Shown piece after piece: positions 9,130-18,718 of a stretch of 64,000 nucleotides of DNA. Each line of letters begins with the position of its first letter. Position 1 is the stretch's first letter. The notes beneath the pieces were generated by a model that saw only the letters and a program-made list of their open reading frames with translations, searched no databases and was not told the origin of the DNA. Position numbers and translations under genes: made by a program. This DNA comes from Bdellovibrionales bacterium (GTDB taxonomy: Bacteria > Bdellovibrionota > Bdellovibrionia > Bdellovibrionales > UBA1609), in the NCBI GenBank assembly GCA_027317865.1, contig DAHVQG010000004.1:1-64000 (forward strand), written 5' to 3'.

Positions 9130-10461
9130 ATGACTTCGGAGGCGCTACTGAAGAAATCTCTAGCTCAACGCACGAATTTGGACTCGATTAACCAAAATGA
9201 AAATCTTTCGGCCGAAAGCCTCAGCGCCGGAATGATTGGCAACGTGCTTGAGTGGTACGATTTCGGGCTCTATGGTTTTCTCGCCCCTTTGATCGGCGCA
9301 CACTTTTTCCCGTCGTCGAATCCGATTGCTTCATTGTTGGGAGCTTACGGCGGATTTGCAATCGGATTTGCCATGCGCCCCATCGGTGGCGCCGTTCTTG
9401 GCCACATCGGCGACCGCGTCGGCAGAAAAGCCGTACTCATCGCATCTGTAGTCATGATGGGGGCGGCGACAACCATGATTGGTTTATTACCAACCTATCA
9501 TCAAATCGGCATATGGGCCCCTATTTTGCTTTTGCTCGTTCGATTGTTTCAAGGTTTTTCAGTTGGTGGAGAATTTACTGGTTCAGTTTCGTTTTTAGTC
9601 GAAACAGCTCCACGACATCTTCGTGGCATCGCCGGCAGCGTGGCCAATATTGGTTCTACTTTAGGTTACTTAGTTGCGGCTGGGCTCGCCGCTGCCACCG
9701 TTATGTTTTCGACGCACTTTCAGGCGCATACATGGATCTGGCGAGTTCCTTTTATTGTGGGAGGCGCCCTCGCTGTATTCGCCTATTTTGTGCGCACGAA
9801 GCTGACACAAACTGGGTACGAGCCTTGCGAACAACAAGATGGCGAGAGTAATTTGCCTCTTCAAAAGGCGTTCAAAGAGGCTCCGCGGGCTATGATTCTT
9901 GTTACGATTTTTACTTGGGGGTACGGGGTCGCTAATTACCTAACCATGGTTTTTTTCGCGACATTTGCGAGCAAGTTCGGGTCGATCAACAACGGCTACG
10001 CTTTAACAGTTAATACATTTGCGCTGGCCCTCGCCATTGTCGTAGTACCTATATCGGGTTGGCTTGGCGACCGTTTTATTCGCCGCCGTTCGATACTGAT
10101 TATAGCGTTTGGATTGACGCTCATTAGCGCCATTTTCTTTTTTCAAATGGCTCAAGGAGCAAGTCTTGCCGAATTCGCCGTCGCTCAACTTGGCTTTGCC
10201 GTCTCATACGGCATAATGATGGGTTCAGCTCCCGCAATGCTTGCCGAACGCTTTCCGTCGCATATCAGACTTTCGGGTTATTCAGTTGCATTTAACATCG
10301 GAATTGGCCTCGGGGGCGGCACAGCTCCGCTTATTGCAACGGCGCTTATCGGTGCGACGGGTTCGAATTTGGCTCCCGCTTGGTATCTTATGATTTGCGC
10401 CCTGCTTTCTATCGTCGCACTTTATTTGATGCGCGATCGCAGCCGCGAACCGCTCAGGTAG
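9130..10461 (+). CDS. MFS transporter, metabolite:H+ symporter (ProP-like) family
   Basis: GNVLEWYDFGLY, GDRVGRK, RLFQGFSVGGE, WRVPF. Confidence 0.92.
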   Translation: MTSEALLKKSLAQRTNLDSINQNENLSAESLSAGMIGNVLEWYDFGLYGFLAPLIGAHFFPSSNPIASLLGAYGGFAIGFAMRPIGGAVLGHIGDRVGRKAVLIASVVMMGAATTMIGLLPTYHQIGIWAPILLLLVRLFQGFSVGGEFTGSVSFLVETAPRHLRGIAGSVANIGSTLGYLVAAGLAAATVMFSTHFQAHTWIWRVPFIVGGALAVFAYFVRTKLTQTGYEPCEQQDGESNLPLQKAFKEAPRAMILVTIFTWGYGVANYLTMVFFATFASKFGSINNGYALTVNTFALALAIVVVPISGWLGDRFIRRRSILIIAFGLTLISAIFFFQMAQGASLAEFAVAQLGFAVSYGIMMGSAPAMLAERFPSHIRLSGYSVAFNIGIGLGGGTAPLIATALIGATGSNLAPAWYLMICALLSIVALYLMRDRSREPLR

Positions 10462-10470
10462 CAAAATTTT

Positions 10471-10731
10471 TTACAATTTGAGCGCACCAGAATTTACCGC
10501 GTCGATCAGCTCGGTGTAACCGCCGATGAATTCTCCGTTGATAAAAATTTGCGGCACGGTCCGGTGTCGAGTCTGCTTTTTAAGCGCTTCAAGCTGCTCA
10601 ATATCATCCGAAAGGTCAATTTCTTCGAAAGCGATACCTTTTTCAGCAAAAAATTGTTTCGCGCGAGTACAATACGGGCAAAATTTTTTCGAATATATTT
10701 TTACCGAATGAACTTTAGAATCGGCGTTCAT
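10471..10731 (-). CDS. grxC: Glutaredoxin 3
   Basis: CPYC, TVPQIFI, IGGY. Confidence 0.9.
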   Translation of the reverse strand: MNADSKVHSVKIYSKKFCPYCTRAKQFFAEKGIAFEEIDLSDDIEQLEALKKQTRHRTVPQIFINGEFIGGYTELIDAVNSGALKL

Positions 10732-10779
10732 AAACTAATTCTCCTCAACTTCATTTAACATTCTTATGACTCTTAGGCC

Positions 10780-12108
10780 TCATTGCGAAGTTTGTTTAGG
10801 TTCGCGCCACCGCTCAAAACCAATTTGATCGCCGTTTTGAACCGGCGCCCATACCAGATTGTCACGAACAATGAGAAAATCGCCGGCCAGACGATGCTTG
10901 AGATCAAAACGATAAATCAATTGACCCGTCTTCAAATCAAAGACGCAAATGTTTGAAACGTGGCACCCCGTCCATACTGTCCAGCCGTTCATTGTCGTAT
11001 CAAAATTTATTTGCCTTAAACTTTCCCACGTCAGCTTAATCTCGGTGAGATGCAATCGCGTGTTCACAGAGCCTAGGGGATAGCGCCAAAGTCGCTTACG
11101 GTGTCTAAAATCGAAAGCGACAAGATCGCCCGTGTGAGCCATCCCCACTGCGATTGGTGTTTGCAATGTGGCGTCGAGCGGCGATTCTATCACGGTACCG
11201 ATATTGGTTTCATCGGCGTGCCGACCCGTCTTGCGATCGTAAGACAATATATATCCGTCCTGGTCGCATATGTAGATGTGCCGGCCAAGAGCAAACGGAG
11301 GACATGTAAAATTATAAGCCCCCTCGTTGGACCAAACAATTTTTCGTTTTAACATGTCGACGGCCTTCAGCCGCCCGTCTTGCGTGGCTAAAATTAAAAG
11401 GTTGTCCGACACTAGCGGAGTGCTCGCTACAGGAGAGTGAAGTCGCGCAATTTCGGCCGTAATTTTTCGAAGGTCCGGATCGAACAAATCTATTGACCAA
11501 CTTTTACCATTTGGCATTTGGCGAATGAGAACAATGTGCTTTTTGTAAACAAGCGGCATTCGCGCAATCGGATTTGACTCTTGCCAATACCAAAGTAAAC
11601 GGCCCGTTTTAAGTTGAAAAGCGTATAGCCCCCCCTGCACCGTGGCCGCAATGACCTCGGAGCCGAGAACGGCTAATTGCCCCGATGCCAATTGAACCGA
11701 GGGCGGCGTTTTGAATCGCCATAACGGCATTGCCAGTTTAGACGACAGAACGCTAATTGTTGTACTATCATGGGATATAATCAAAGACCCGTATAAAAAA
11801 TCGGACAACTCGGCGTTTGGTGCAGCCCCGTGAGGCGAAACGGGTAAAAATAAATCTTGTTTTAGCCTGATGATCATGCGGTCAGGCAACGTCATCGTAG
11901 GAGCGGCGCCCTTAAGATAATCCGGGTTATTGTATTTTGTCTGAAATTGCATTTTGTTTTTTTGCGCATCTTTTTTCAAAACCGAAATTAAAGTGCGCTG
12001 GCTCATAATTTCCGGGTTATTTTTGAAAATCAAAAAGCCGGTCAAAATCATGATTAAAATCATAAGCGGCATAATTAACTTTTGAAATAATGATTTTTGC
12101 GGGTTCAT
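10780..12108 (-). CDS. Membrane-anchored PQQ-like beta-propeller protein (BamB-like repeats)
   Basis: N-terminal TM; repeats GGLYAFQLKTGRLLW, DGRLKAVD..IVW, GDLVAFD..LW; TAATG coupling to the upstream gene. Confidence 0.75.
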   Translation of the reverse strand: MNPQKSLFQKLIMPLMILIMILTGFLIFKNNPEIMSQRTLISVLKKDAQKNKMQFQTKYNNPDYLKGAAPTMTLPDRMIIRLKQDLFLPVSPHGAAPNAELSDFLYGSLIISHDSTTISVLSSKLAMPLWRFKTPPSVQLASGQLAVLGSEVIAATVQGGLYAFQLKTGRLLWYWQESNPIARMPLVYKKHIVLIRQMPNGKSWSIDLFDPDLRKITAEIARLHSPVASTPLVSDNLLILATQDGRLKAVDMLKRKIVWSNEGAYNFTCPPFALGRHIYICDQDGYILSYDRKTGRHADETNIGTVIESPLDATLQTPIAVGMAHTGDLVAFDFRHRKRLWRYPLGSVNTRLHLTEIKLTWESLRQINFDTTMNGWTVWTGCHVSNICVFDLKTGQLIYRFDLKHRLAGDFLIVRDNLVWAPVQNGDQIGFERWREPKQTSQ

Positions 12109-13271
12109 TAGTTGACATCCCGGCAAGCTTTATTGCTGTGCCACGTGAGCCGATAACTCGATTGACTGATCGTTCTAGTGAGCAAGTAGGTTGATAAAGA
12201 TTCGAAATTAGGTTGATGCACAAGATGCGCACAAAACGTTTTTGCATTGGCTTCGGCGATTTTGGGGCTGCAATGGAGCCGACCGGCTCGGCCAGACAAA
12301 TTCGTTTGCAAGGACTGCGGCCACTCGAGCTGCTCCGTATGATTCTTATATCGCGCATAGTTGAACTGGATGCAATCCACGGTAGGAGCGGGCCCTTTAA
12401 TTTTAATTAACCCCGACAAACTGAATCTTTGCATCACGCGAGTTTGCGCGATGATAAAAATACCAAAAAGTACCGGCCACCAGACCTTAGACGGTTCGGG
12501 GTGCTCGTACGACTGATACATTGTTTCGCGTTCGAGGCGTCGTTTTTCGAAGAAATCCAAGACGAAAATCAAAACAAAAAATACCAGAACGAGCGATTGA
12601 TAATCGTGCAGATACCAGTAATGCCCGAATAGAAAGACGAGCAATGCGACGACGCCGATTGCGAATTGTTGCGGGGTTGTCGAAAGTAAAAGCGGCGGCA
12701 ATGCCCATTTGAACAAAATGCTCATCGCGGCAACCCACTCTAGACCTTTAACCGACAAGTGAAGTTCTTTGTGTAGCGACATTCCGCTCAACCAGTCGGA
12801 ATTAAGTTCGCGAAAACCCGAAATGAAAAAATAAAACAACGTGCACGCGTGCAATAGCGTCGGTTTTCGCGGCAAAAATAAAAATCCAATGTTGGCGACA
12901 ATGAAAAATGCTAGAATATCCGACGCCAGGCTGGCATTGCCGATGTAAAAGTAAAGCATGAACAGAAACGTCAGCAGGAGAAGCCCCCACGCCAACTTCG
13001 TTACCCGCCTGGTGAGAAAAGTCAGACACGCCAGAACGGCCAAACCCAAGTAAACATGAAATAAAATGAGCTGTACGCCGCCGGCAGCGGTCACGTCACA
13101 TTTCGGCGCAAAATCCCAGCATAAATGGAGCTTCTCCGCATGGGGGCCGAGAAGTCCGTTTCGAGTCCAAAAATAATAAGTGAGGGCATGCAAAAACGCG
13201 ATAATCGCGCCGACGTACGACAGCGACGGTGAGCGGTCTAACTCCCAAAAATTTTTTTTAAGCCAGTTCAA
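12108..13271 (-). CDS. HTTM-like polytopic membrane protein
   Basis: Several TM helices; FFISGFRELNSDWLSG resembles the HTTM/gamma-carboxylase motif; TTG start overlaps the pgsA stop. Confidence 0.6.
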   Translation of the reverse strand: MNWLKKNFWELDRSPSLSYVGAIIAFLHALTYYFWTRNGLLGPHAEKLHLCWDFAPKCDVTAAGGVQLILFHVYLGLAVLACLTFLTRRVTKLAWGLLLLTFLFMLYFYIGNASLASDILAFFIVANIGFLFLPRKPTLLHACTLFYFFISGFRELNSDWLSGMSLHKELHLSVKGLEWVAAMSILFKWALPPLLLSTTPQQFAIGVVALLVFLFGHYWYLHDYQSLVLVFFVLIFVLDFFEKRRLERETMYQSYEHPEPSKVWWPVLFGIFIIAQTRVMQRFSLSGLIKIKGPAPTVDCIQFNYARYKNHTEQLEWPQSLQTNLSGRAGRLHCSPKIAEANAKTFCAHLVHQPNFESLSTYLLTRTISQSSYRLTWHSNKACRDVN

Positions 13272-13840
13272 TCGGCGCTTCTCCTGGTGATACGGTAATA
13301 CCCTAAAGTATATTGCGCACCTGACCAAAGACTCAAGACGACACTGATCCAAATTCCGATTTGGCCAAGTCGCAGTGTGGTGACGCTGCCCAAGTGAAAG
13401 TCGATCAGCATGCAAGGAATGGCGACCATTTGTAAGGCCGTTTTGATTTTACCAGCCGGTTTGGCCGCAATAATCACCTGATTGGCGGCAGCAACCGAAC
13501 GTAAACCGCCGATAAAGAGATCTCGGGCCAGAATTATAGTGAGCGAAAATGGATCGATACGACGCAATTGCAAAAGGACCACAAGGGCTACCAACACTAA
13601 GATTTTGTCGGCAATGGGGTCCATAAACTTCCCCATGTTCGATTCGGCCTGAAATTTACGCGCCCAATACCCGTCCAGCCAATCGGTCAACGAGGCGATG
13701 ACAAAAATAATCGCAACAATGGCGCGCATTCGCGGAGTGTTAAACAGGGCTAAAAACAAGAGCGGGGCCAACAAAAACCGTGCGTCGGTCGCAATCATTG
13801 GCAAAGACTTCTTCCACCGCGGCAATTTGGATTCGGCCAC
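13268..13840 (-). CDS. pgsA: CDP-diacylglycerol--glycerol-3-phosphate 3-phosphatidyltransferase
   Basis: TDWLDGYWARK...GKFMDPIADK motif; GGGGAG before GTG 13840. Confidence 0.93.
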   Translation of the reverse strand: MAESKLPRWKKSLPMIATDARFLLAPLLFLALFNTPRMRAIVAIIFVIASLTDWLDGYWARKFQAESNMGKFMDPIADKILVLVALVVLLQLRRIDPFSLTIILARDLFIGGLRSVAAANQVIIAAKPAGKIKTALQMVAIPCMLIDFHLGSVTTLRLGQIGIWISVVLSLWSGAQYTLGYYRITRRSAD

Positions 13841-13951
13841 AATTGACTCCCCAAAAAGGATTAGGCTAGTCTCTGTCTCGCGAATCAGCAAGCTTAGGTT
13901 ATCGAACCGAAATGAAGAAAAACCTACGCTCTATTTGCAAAGGATAAAAAA

Positions 13952-14911
13952 ATGGATCGAAATCTCGCCCTCGAATTTGTTCGTATTACTGAAGCTGCCG
14001 CACTGTCGTGCACACACTTCATGGGCCGTGGTAACGAAAAGGCGGCGGACCAAGCCGCAGTCGATGCAATGCGACGCGCTTTTGACTCGGTCAACATAGA
14101 TGGCGTTGTTGTCATCGGCGAAGGGGAACGCGATCAAGCCCCTATGTTGTACATTGGCGAACAAGTCGGAAAAAAAGCGGCTGATTCGATTCCGGTCGAC
14201 ATTGCGCTCGACCCACTCGAAGGAACGACCATTTGTGCAAACGGCGGCGCGGGCGCTATCTCGGTAATTGCAGCTGCCGAACGCGGTCACTTTTTGCATG
14301 CTCCTGACACTTATATGGAAAAAATCGCGTGCGGCCCTGAGACCGCGGGAGTGATTGATCTCGAACGCTCGGCAACTGACAACATTCGCGCGGTAGCGGC
14401 ACGGTTGAACAAGCCCGTTTCGCACGTCACAGTCGTCATTCTCGATCGTCCGCGCCACGAGAAGTTGATCGCTGAAGTACGTGAAATTGGTGCCCGCATC
14501 CGCTTGATAAGCGACGGCGACGTCTCAGCCGGCGTAGCGACATGTTGGGAGCATACGGGTATTGATCTTTTGATGGGAACCGGCGGCGCCCCCGAAGGAG
14601 TCATTACTGCGGCCGCAATTCGTTGCCTGGGTGGCGATTTTCAAGGCCGGCTTGTTTTTCGAAATGACGATGAGCGCGAACGCGCCCAGCGCATGGGCGT
14701 TAGCGACTTCGATCGAGTTTACCGGTTATACGATTTAGTAAAAGGCGAAGCGCTGTTTAGTGCAACCGGAGTGACCGACGGACCACTCCTACGCGGAGTT
14801 CGGACGTTGCCCAAAGGCCGGGTTTCAACCCATTCCGTTGTGATGCGCTCGCAAACCGGAACCATCCGCCATATTGAAGCTGTACACGATCTCGCCAGAA
14901 AACCGAGATAA
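13952..14911 (+). CDS. glpX: Fructose-1,6-bisphosphatase class II
   Basis: IGEGERDQAPML, DPLEGT, APDTYMEK, DGDV, GGAPEGV. Confidence 0.96.
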   Translation: MDRNLALEFVRITEAAALSCTHFMGRGNEKAADQAAVDAMRRAFDSVNIDGVVVIGEGERDQAPMLYIGEQVGKKAADSIPVDIALDPLEGTTICANGGAGAISVIAAAERGHFLHAPDTYMEKIACGPETAGVIDLERSATDNIRAVAARLNKPVSHVTVVILDRPRHEKLIAEVREIGARIRLISDGDVSAGVATCWEHTGIDLLMGTGGAPEGVITAAAIRCLGGDFQGRLVFRNDDERERAQRMGVSDFDRVYRLYDLVKGEALFSATGVTDGPLLRGVRTLPKGRVSTHSVVMRSQTGTIRHIEAVHDLARKPR

Positions 14912-14912
14912 T

Positions 14913-15209
14913 ATGTCTGAAGTCAAAGTAAAATGCTTCTCTTGCGGTACCGTGATGACGTTTGTCGAATCGGTTAGTCGGCGCGATGAATGCCCGAACT
15001 GCGGCGAAGACATGCGTGTTTGCAAAAACTGCCGATTTTATGACCCAAAAGTCTACAATGAATGCCGTGAAACAAGCGCCGAAGTCGTACGCGAAAAAGA
15101 GCGCGCCAACCTCTGCGATTTCTTTCAACCGAACTCCGATACCGATTCGGAAGATAAATCCCGCGCCAAATTACGCGCGGCCGCCGAAGCGCTGTTCAAA
15201 AAAAATTAA
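14913..15209 (+). CDS. Small Cys-rich (zinc-ribbon-like) conserved hypothetical protein
   Basis: CFSC, CPNC, CKNC plus two further Cys; coupled to the glpX stop. Confidence 0.75.
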   Translation: MSEVKVKCFSCGTVMTFVESVSRRDECPNCGEDMRVCKNCRFYDPKVYNECRETSAEVVREKERANLCDFFQPNSDTDSEDKSRAKLRAAAEALFKKN

Positions 15210-15217
15210 AGCGCCTG

Positions 15218-16723
15218 CTACTTCACAAAAAACTGCAAGAGCGGCGAAATCAGGTGGATGAAATGATTTTGAATCAATGGCCAATTCGCGTACACCTGTG
15301 CGCCAGCTTTATAAAAAATCGTGGACCAACCGATAGACATCAGCGCAAAGCGAACCGCAACCGCCCTGGTTTGGGGCGAGACAAAATTAATCGGCCCAAG
15401 TTTTTGTGCTCTCTGCTTCGCTTTCTCAATTCGCTCCAGGTAAATGGGGTTCTTTGCCGCGTAGGCCACAATATTTTTAGTGACATCCGAAAACCAATCG
15501 AGCCGCAGCAACGTCACTAGTTCTTCATCGTTGAACGAGGCCGCGCTGCTATCAAATAATTTTTTAACCTGCAAATCGACAAAATAATCATGCGTTGAAA
15601 TCACAAGATCGCCTTTGCCATTCACGAATCGCGTGACACGAATGAACCGAAGTAGATCCGGTAAATATCGACTGAGCATCGAATGATTATTACCGACCCC
15701 GGTGATAAACCGAACGAAACGTCGAAATCCGGGGGGTATAAATTTAGCGGTGCCATTCATTGCGATGTTATTGACGACCCAATCCGAGGCAAACTGAGTG
15801 ATCCAAACGAGCGGACGATCGGTATAATTCTGCTGCCTGAGCCCTTGTTTCGCATTGGCTAAAACCGCGTAGAGGTCATTGTTATAAACTTTTTCTACCA
15901 TTTGTAGCGACGGATAAATTCCTTTAGTTTGGAGCTCGGTCTTGCCGAACTCTCCGCTCTGGCGAATCGCGCGATCTATCAGCTCACGGCTCACTTCTCG
16001 CGCTAGTTTGGCAACGCGAGCGCTCTTGAGAACATAGGCAACAGTAATACCGTTTAGCTTTTTGGGATTACTTTCATGATGAACCAGCTCTTCGGGAACA
16101 TGACTCAATCCTTTATTTTTGCCAACCGAATCGAGAGTCTGCATGACCAGGTCGTAGCGATAATGTAACCGGCCCAATCTCTCACTATCGGTAATGTAAT
16201 TCTGAACATAAAGGTTAAGCGCGTTTGGCCGCGCATCGGGGTTCATTTTCTGGCTAATCAATATTTCGTGAATAACTTTAGCCCATTCAGCGACTCGAAC
16301 TGCTTGAATCACCATCGGGGTCACATAAGGTTCAAGTTGGCTCGCGATAAAATTAGAGTCTTCTTTTGTCGCGAGCATCCATAGCAGATTTTCAAATATG
16401 TGATAATTTTCGGCCTCAAAACGCCGGCCGCTCGTCCCCTGCGACCTCATGCGCTTTGCAATTTTTTGCCGTGTAATATCGAGTTCTTGCCGAAGTTCTT
16501 CGGCACTTTTTATTTTTGGCGACACGGAATTGGCCCATGTCGAGGGTTGAGTGCTGGCCCACGTCGCCCGTTTCATCCAAGTTAAAAGCGCGGAGCACGG
16601 CTTCGAATTCAGCGACGTCGATCGTTTTGCGGCAAACGCCGCCGAGCCGAAAATTATAATCAAAATGCCGGCAATAAAGGCACGTTTACAAAAGTTAATC
16701 GTGAAAAATAAATTTCTTTGCAT
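15218..16723 (-). CDS. Secreted hypothetical protein
   Basis: 501-aa ORF with a signal peptide ending SAAFA. Confidence 0.7.
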   Translation of the reverse strand: MQRNLFFTINFCKRAFIAGILIIIFGSAAFAAKRSTSLNSKPCSALLTWMKRATWASTQPSTWANSVSPKIKSAEELRQELDITRQKIAKRMRSQGTSGRRFEAENYHIFENLLWMLATKEDSNFIASQLEPYVTPMVIQAVRVAEWAKVIHEILISQKMNPDARPNALNLYVQNYITDSERLGRLHYRYDLVMQTLDSVGKNKGLSHVPEELVHHESNPKKLNGITVAYVLKSARVAKLAREVSRELIDRAIRQSGEFGKTELQTKGIYPSLQMVEKVYNNDLYAVLANAKQGLRQQNYTDRPLVWITQFASDWVVNNIAMNGTAKFIPPGFRRFVRFITGVGNNHSMLSRYLPDLLRFIRVTRFVNGKGDLVISTHDYFVDLQVKKLFDSSAASFNDEELVTLLRLDWFSDVTKNIVAYAAKNPIYLERIEKAKQRAQKLGPINFVSPQTRAVAVRFALMSIGWSTIFYKAGAQVYANWPLIQNHFIHLISPLLQFFVK

Positions 16724-16841
16724 TTCGCGGGCATTTTACCGGCTGCGGACCGGCCTTGCCACACTGTTGTGCCATACGTGAAAAAATGTCTAAACGCGCT
16801 CTTTAATTGATCAAAACTTTGACAGTATAAATTCGTAATCT

Positions 16842-17540
16842 ATGGCCATAGTGAAATACATGTGGAGCCTATTTCTTTCCGTCTCTATTGTTTGTTTTTC
16901 CGTTTCATTACCGTCGGTTGCTAATTCGACCAAATCTACGGATTTCGTTTGGACACCGACTTCGGAGTTTCAATGGTGGGTTAACCCGCAAACCAAAAAA
17001 ATGAACTTTCGGGAGTGCACGTATGTAAAACAACAAAGGCAATGTTATGGCCCGATGCTCCTCAACGGAATCGATGTGAAGCTAGTCCCCGCACTGCTGA
17101 GTTTTTATCGCGAGCGGCTCGATCAATCAGGCAATCACCAGATGAAACAATTGGTCCGCGCACTCTCAGGGTCTATCGGAACAGTTGCCGCTTATACAGG
17201 AATGTTGTCGTCGATAAGTATATTTCGAAAGGTTGTCCCTCCGAATCTGGTAGAAAAAATGTCGCGGTTGCCGATTCGGTTTGGGTTTCACGTAATTAGT
17301 CTCGGCGCTTTGAGCATTCTGCTTTATTCGGCGATCGATAGTTACGTCCATTTGCGCCGGCAAAAGGTAGTGTACAGAATTTATTGCGCGGCTATTGGAT
17401 CGAACCCACAGGAGCCACCTGAAATCGCGTTGCAATCTCAGGCGCTGTTCAACGAATTTATCACGACCTTCCGCCGCGCTCTACAAGACTTCACCCACGG
17501 CGGCGGCACGTTCGACGAAAACGGATATCTGATTTTTTAG
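16842..17540 (+). CDS. Hypothetical exported or membrane protein
   Basis: Signal peptide plus two internal hydrophobic helices. Confidence 0.6.
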   Translation: MAIVKYMWSLFLSVSIVCFSVSLPSVANSTKSTDFVWTPTSEFQWWVNPQTKKMNFRECTYVKQQRQCYGPMLLNGIDVKLVPALLSFYRERLDQSGNHQMKQLVRALSGSIGTVAAYTGMLSSISIFRKVVPPNLVEKMSRLPIRFGFHVISLGALSILLYSAIDSYVHLRRQKVVYRIYCAAIGSNPQEPPEIALQSQALFNEFITTFRRALQDFTHGGGTFDENGYLIF

Positions 17541-18586
17541 AGCACGTTAATATAGGCTTCTAACCCAACGTTCGTTAGAGCCGTCGCCAAATGCTCAGGC
17601 ATAAACTGAACGTTTGGATACAAGAACATATTGCGCGAAACGGAATAGCCGATACCGATCGATTCCTCCCACGGTAGCTCTTGATACGTGTCGCTTGCGA
17701 CACCTACGTTATGTTGAAATATCCATGAATTGGCGACCGTTCTAAAATTCACCTTGGGTGTAAACTGATATTCAAGTATCGGAGACAGATCGAATGAATA
17801 ATCGCTCTGATAACCCTCAACGGCGCTGCCGTGTTTGTCAAAAGTATTATCCGCTGCGGAAATATACGCCCCCACAGAAAGTTTGCGTATTGCGTACATG
17901 GCGGTTTCTGTAAGGCTGTATTCTTGCGCATAACCGTATGGAGTTTGATCCGCCTGCGTCCACTGCATCAATTGCGCAACAGCTACGGACTGCACGCCGT
18001 GAAAATTGGCAATATTTTGATACTGAACATACGGGTTTTCGGCGTCAAAACTCGTGCCATTATAACCTGCGCCAGGCCCCCCCTGTAACGGATCAATAAA
18101 ACGAATACCGGTGCCGGCAGACACGCTATTTGTTTCATCCATATTGTACTGTACGGCCACGCTGCCGCCGAGGTAAGCCCTCGGAGTCGTTGCCGCTGAC
18201 TGCAAGATGTTCGGTCGGTTTTTTGAAAGAGGCGATGCTAATGTGCCGCCGTAATAACTAAACGCGGTCGAGATTGACAATTTTCGTTTAGAACCCGATT
18301 CAGCTCGCAATTCGTTGTTCGTAATAAGTTTATCCACATCGTTCTTTTTTAGTGCCGCTTTTTCTTTTTCTTTTTCGACTTCGTTGGCAACCGACGCTTT
18401 CGTGACGTTTGTAATTCCGGAATTCGATGCAACAGAATTTGACGACGTTGCCGACGAACTATCCGCGAAAGCCGCGCCTCCGACTAAAGACACGCCAAGC
18501 GATAGCATGGCAACCGCCGCTAGGGTCAGTGTTGCCAAATTACGAGATCTGCCCGTAAACTTAATTATTTGCATTTTCATTTGCAT
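17537..18586 (-). CDS. Probable outer-membrane beta-barrel (porin-like) protein
   Basis: Signal peptide ending AAFA; aromatic amphipathic strands; G-rich RBS before ATG 18586. Confidence 0.65.
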   Translation of the reverse strand: MQMKMQIIKFTGRSRNLATLTLAAVAMLSLGVSLVGGAAFADSSSATSSNSVASNSGITNVTKASVANEVEKEKEKAALKKNDVDKLITNNELRAESGSKRKLSISTAFSYYGGTLASPLSKNRPNILQSAATTPRAYLGGSVAVQYNMDETNSVSAGTGIRFIDPLQGGPGAGYNGTSFDAENPYVQYQNIANFHGVQSVAVAQLMQWTQADQTPYGYAQEYSLTETAMYAIRKLSVGAYISAADNTFDKHGSAVEGYQSDYSFDLSPILEYQFTPKVNFRTVANSWIFQHNVGVASDTYQELPWEESIGIGYSVSRNMFLYPNVQFMPEHLATALTNVGLEAYINVL

Positions 18587-18718
18587 ATTCCCCCCAAAAA
18601 TCCCCGTTTTGATTTTGAACACCAGCCCCACTTCTGCTCAGGTGGTCATGCCTAACTTATGGTAGGTCACACCGCACAAGCAAACTCTTTTTAGGGACGT
18701 CTCATACCAGTTACAACC

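Noticed and set aside
13931..14458. 175-aa ORF antisense to glpX (likewise 49184-49759 antisense to gap, and 9252-9851 in an alternate frame of the MFS gene)
   Set aside because: Shadow frames of well-supported genes, with no motifs
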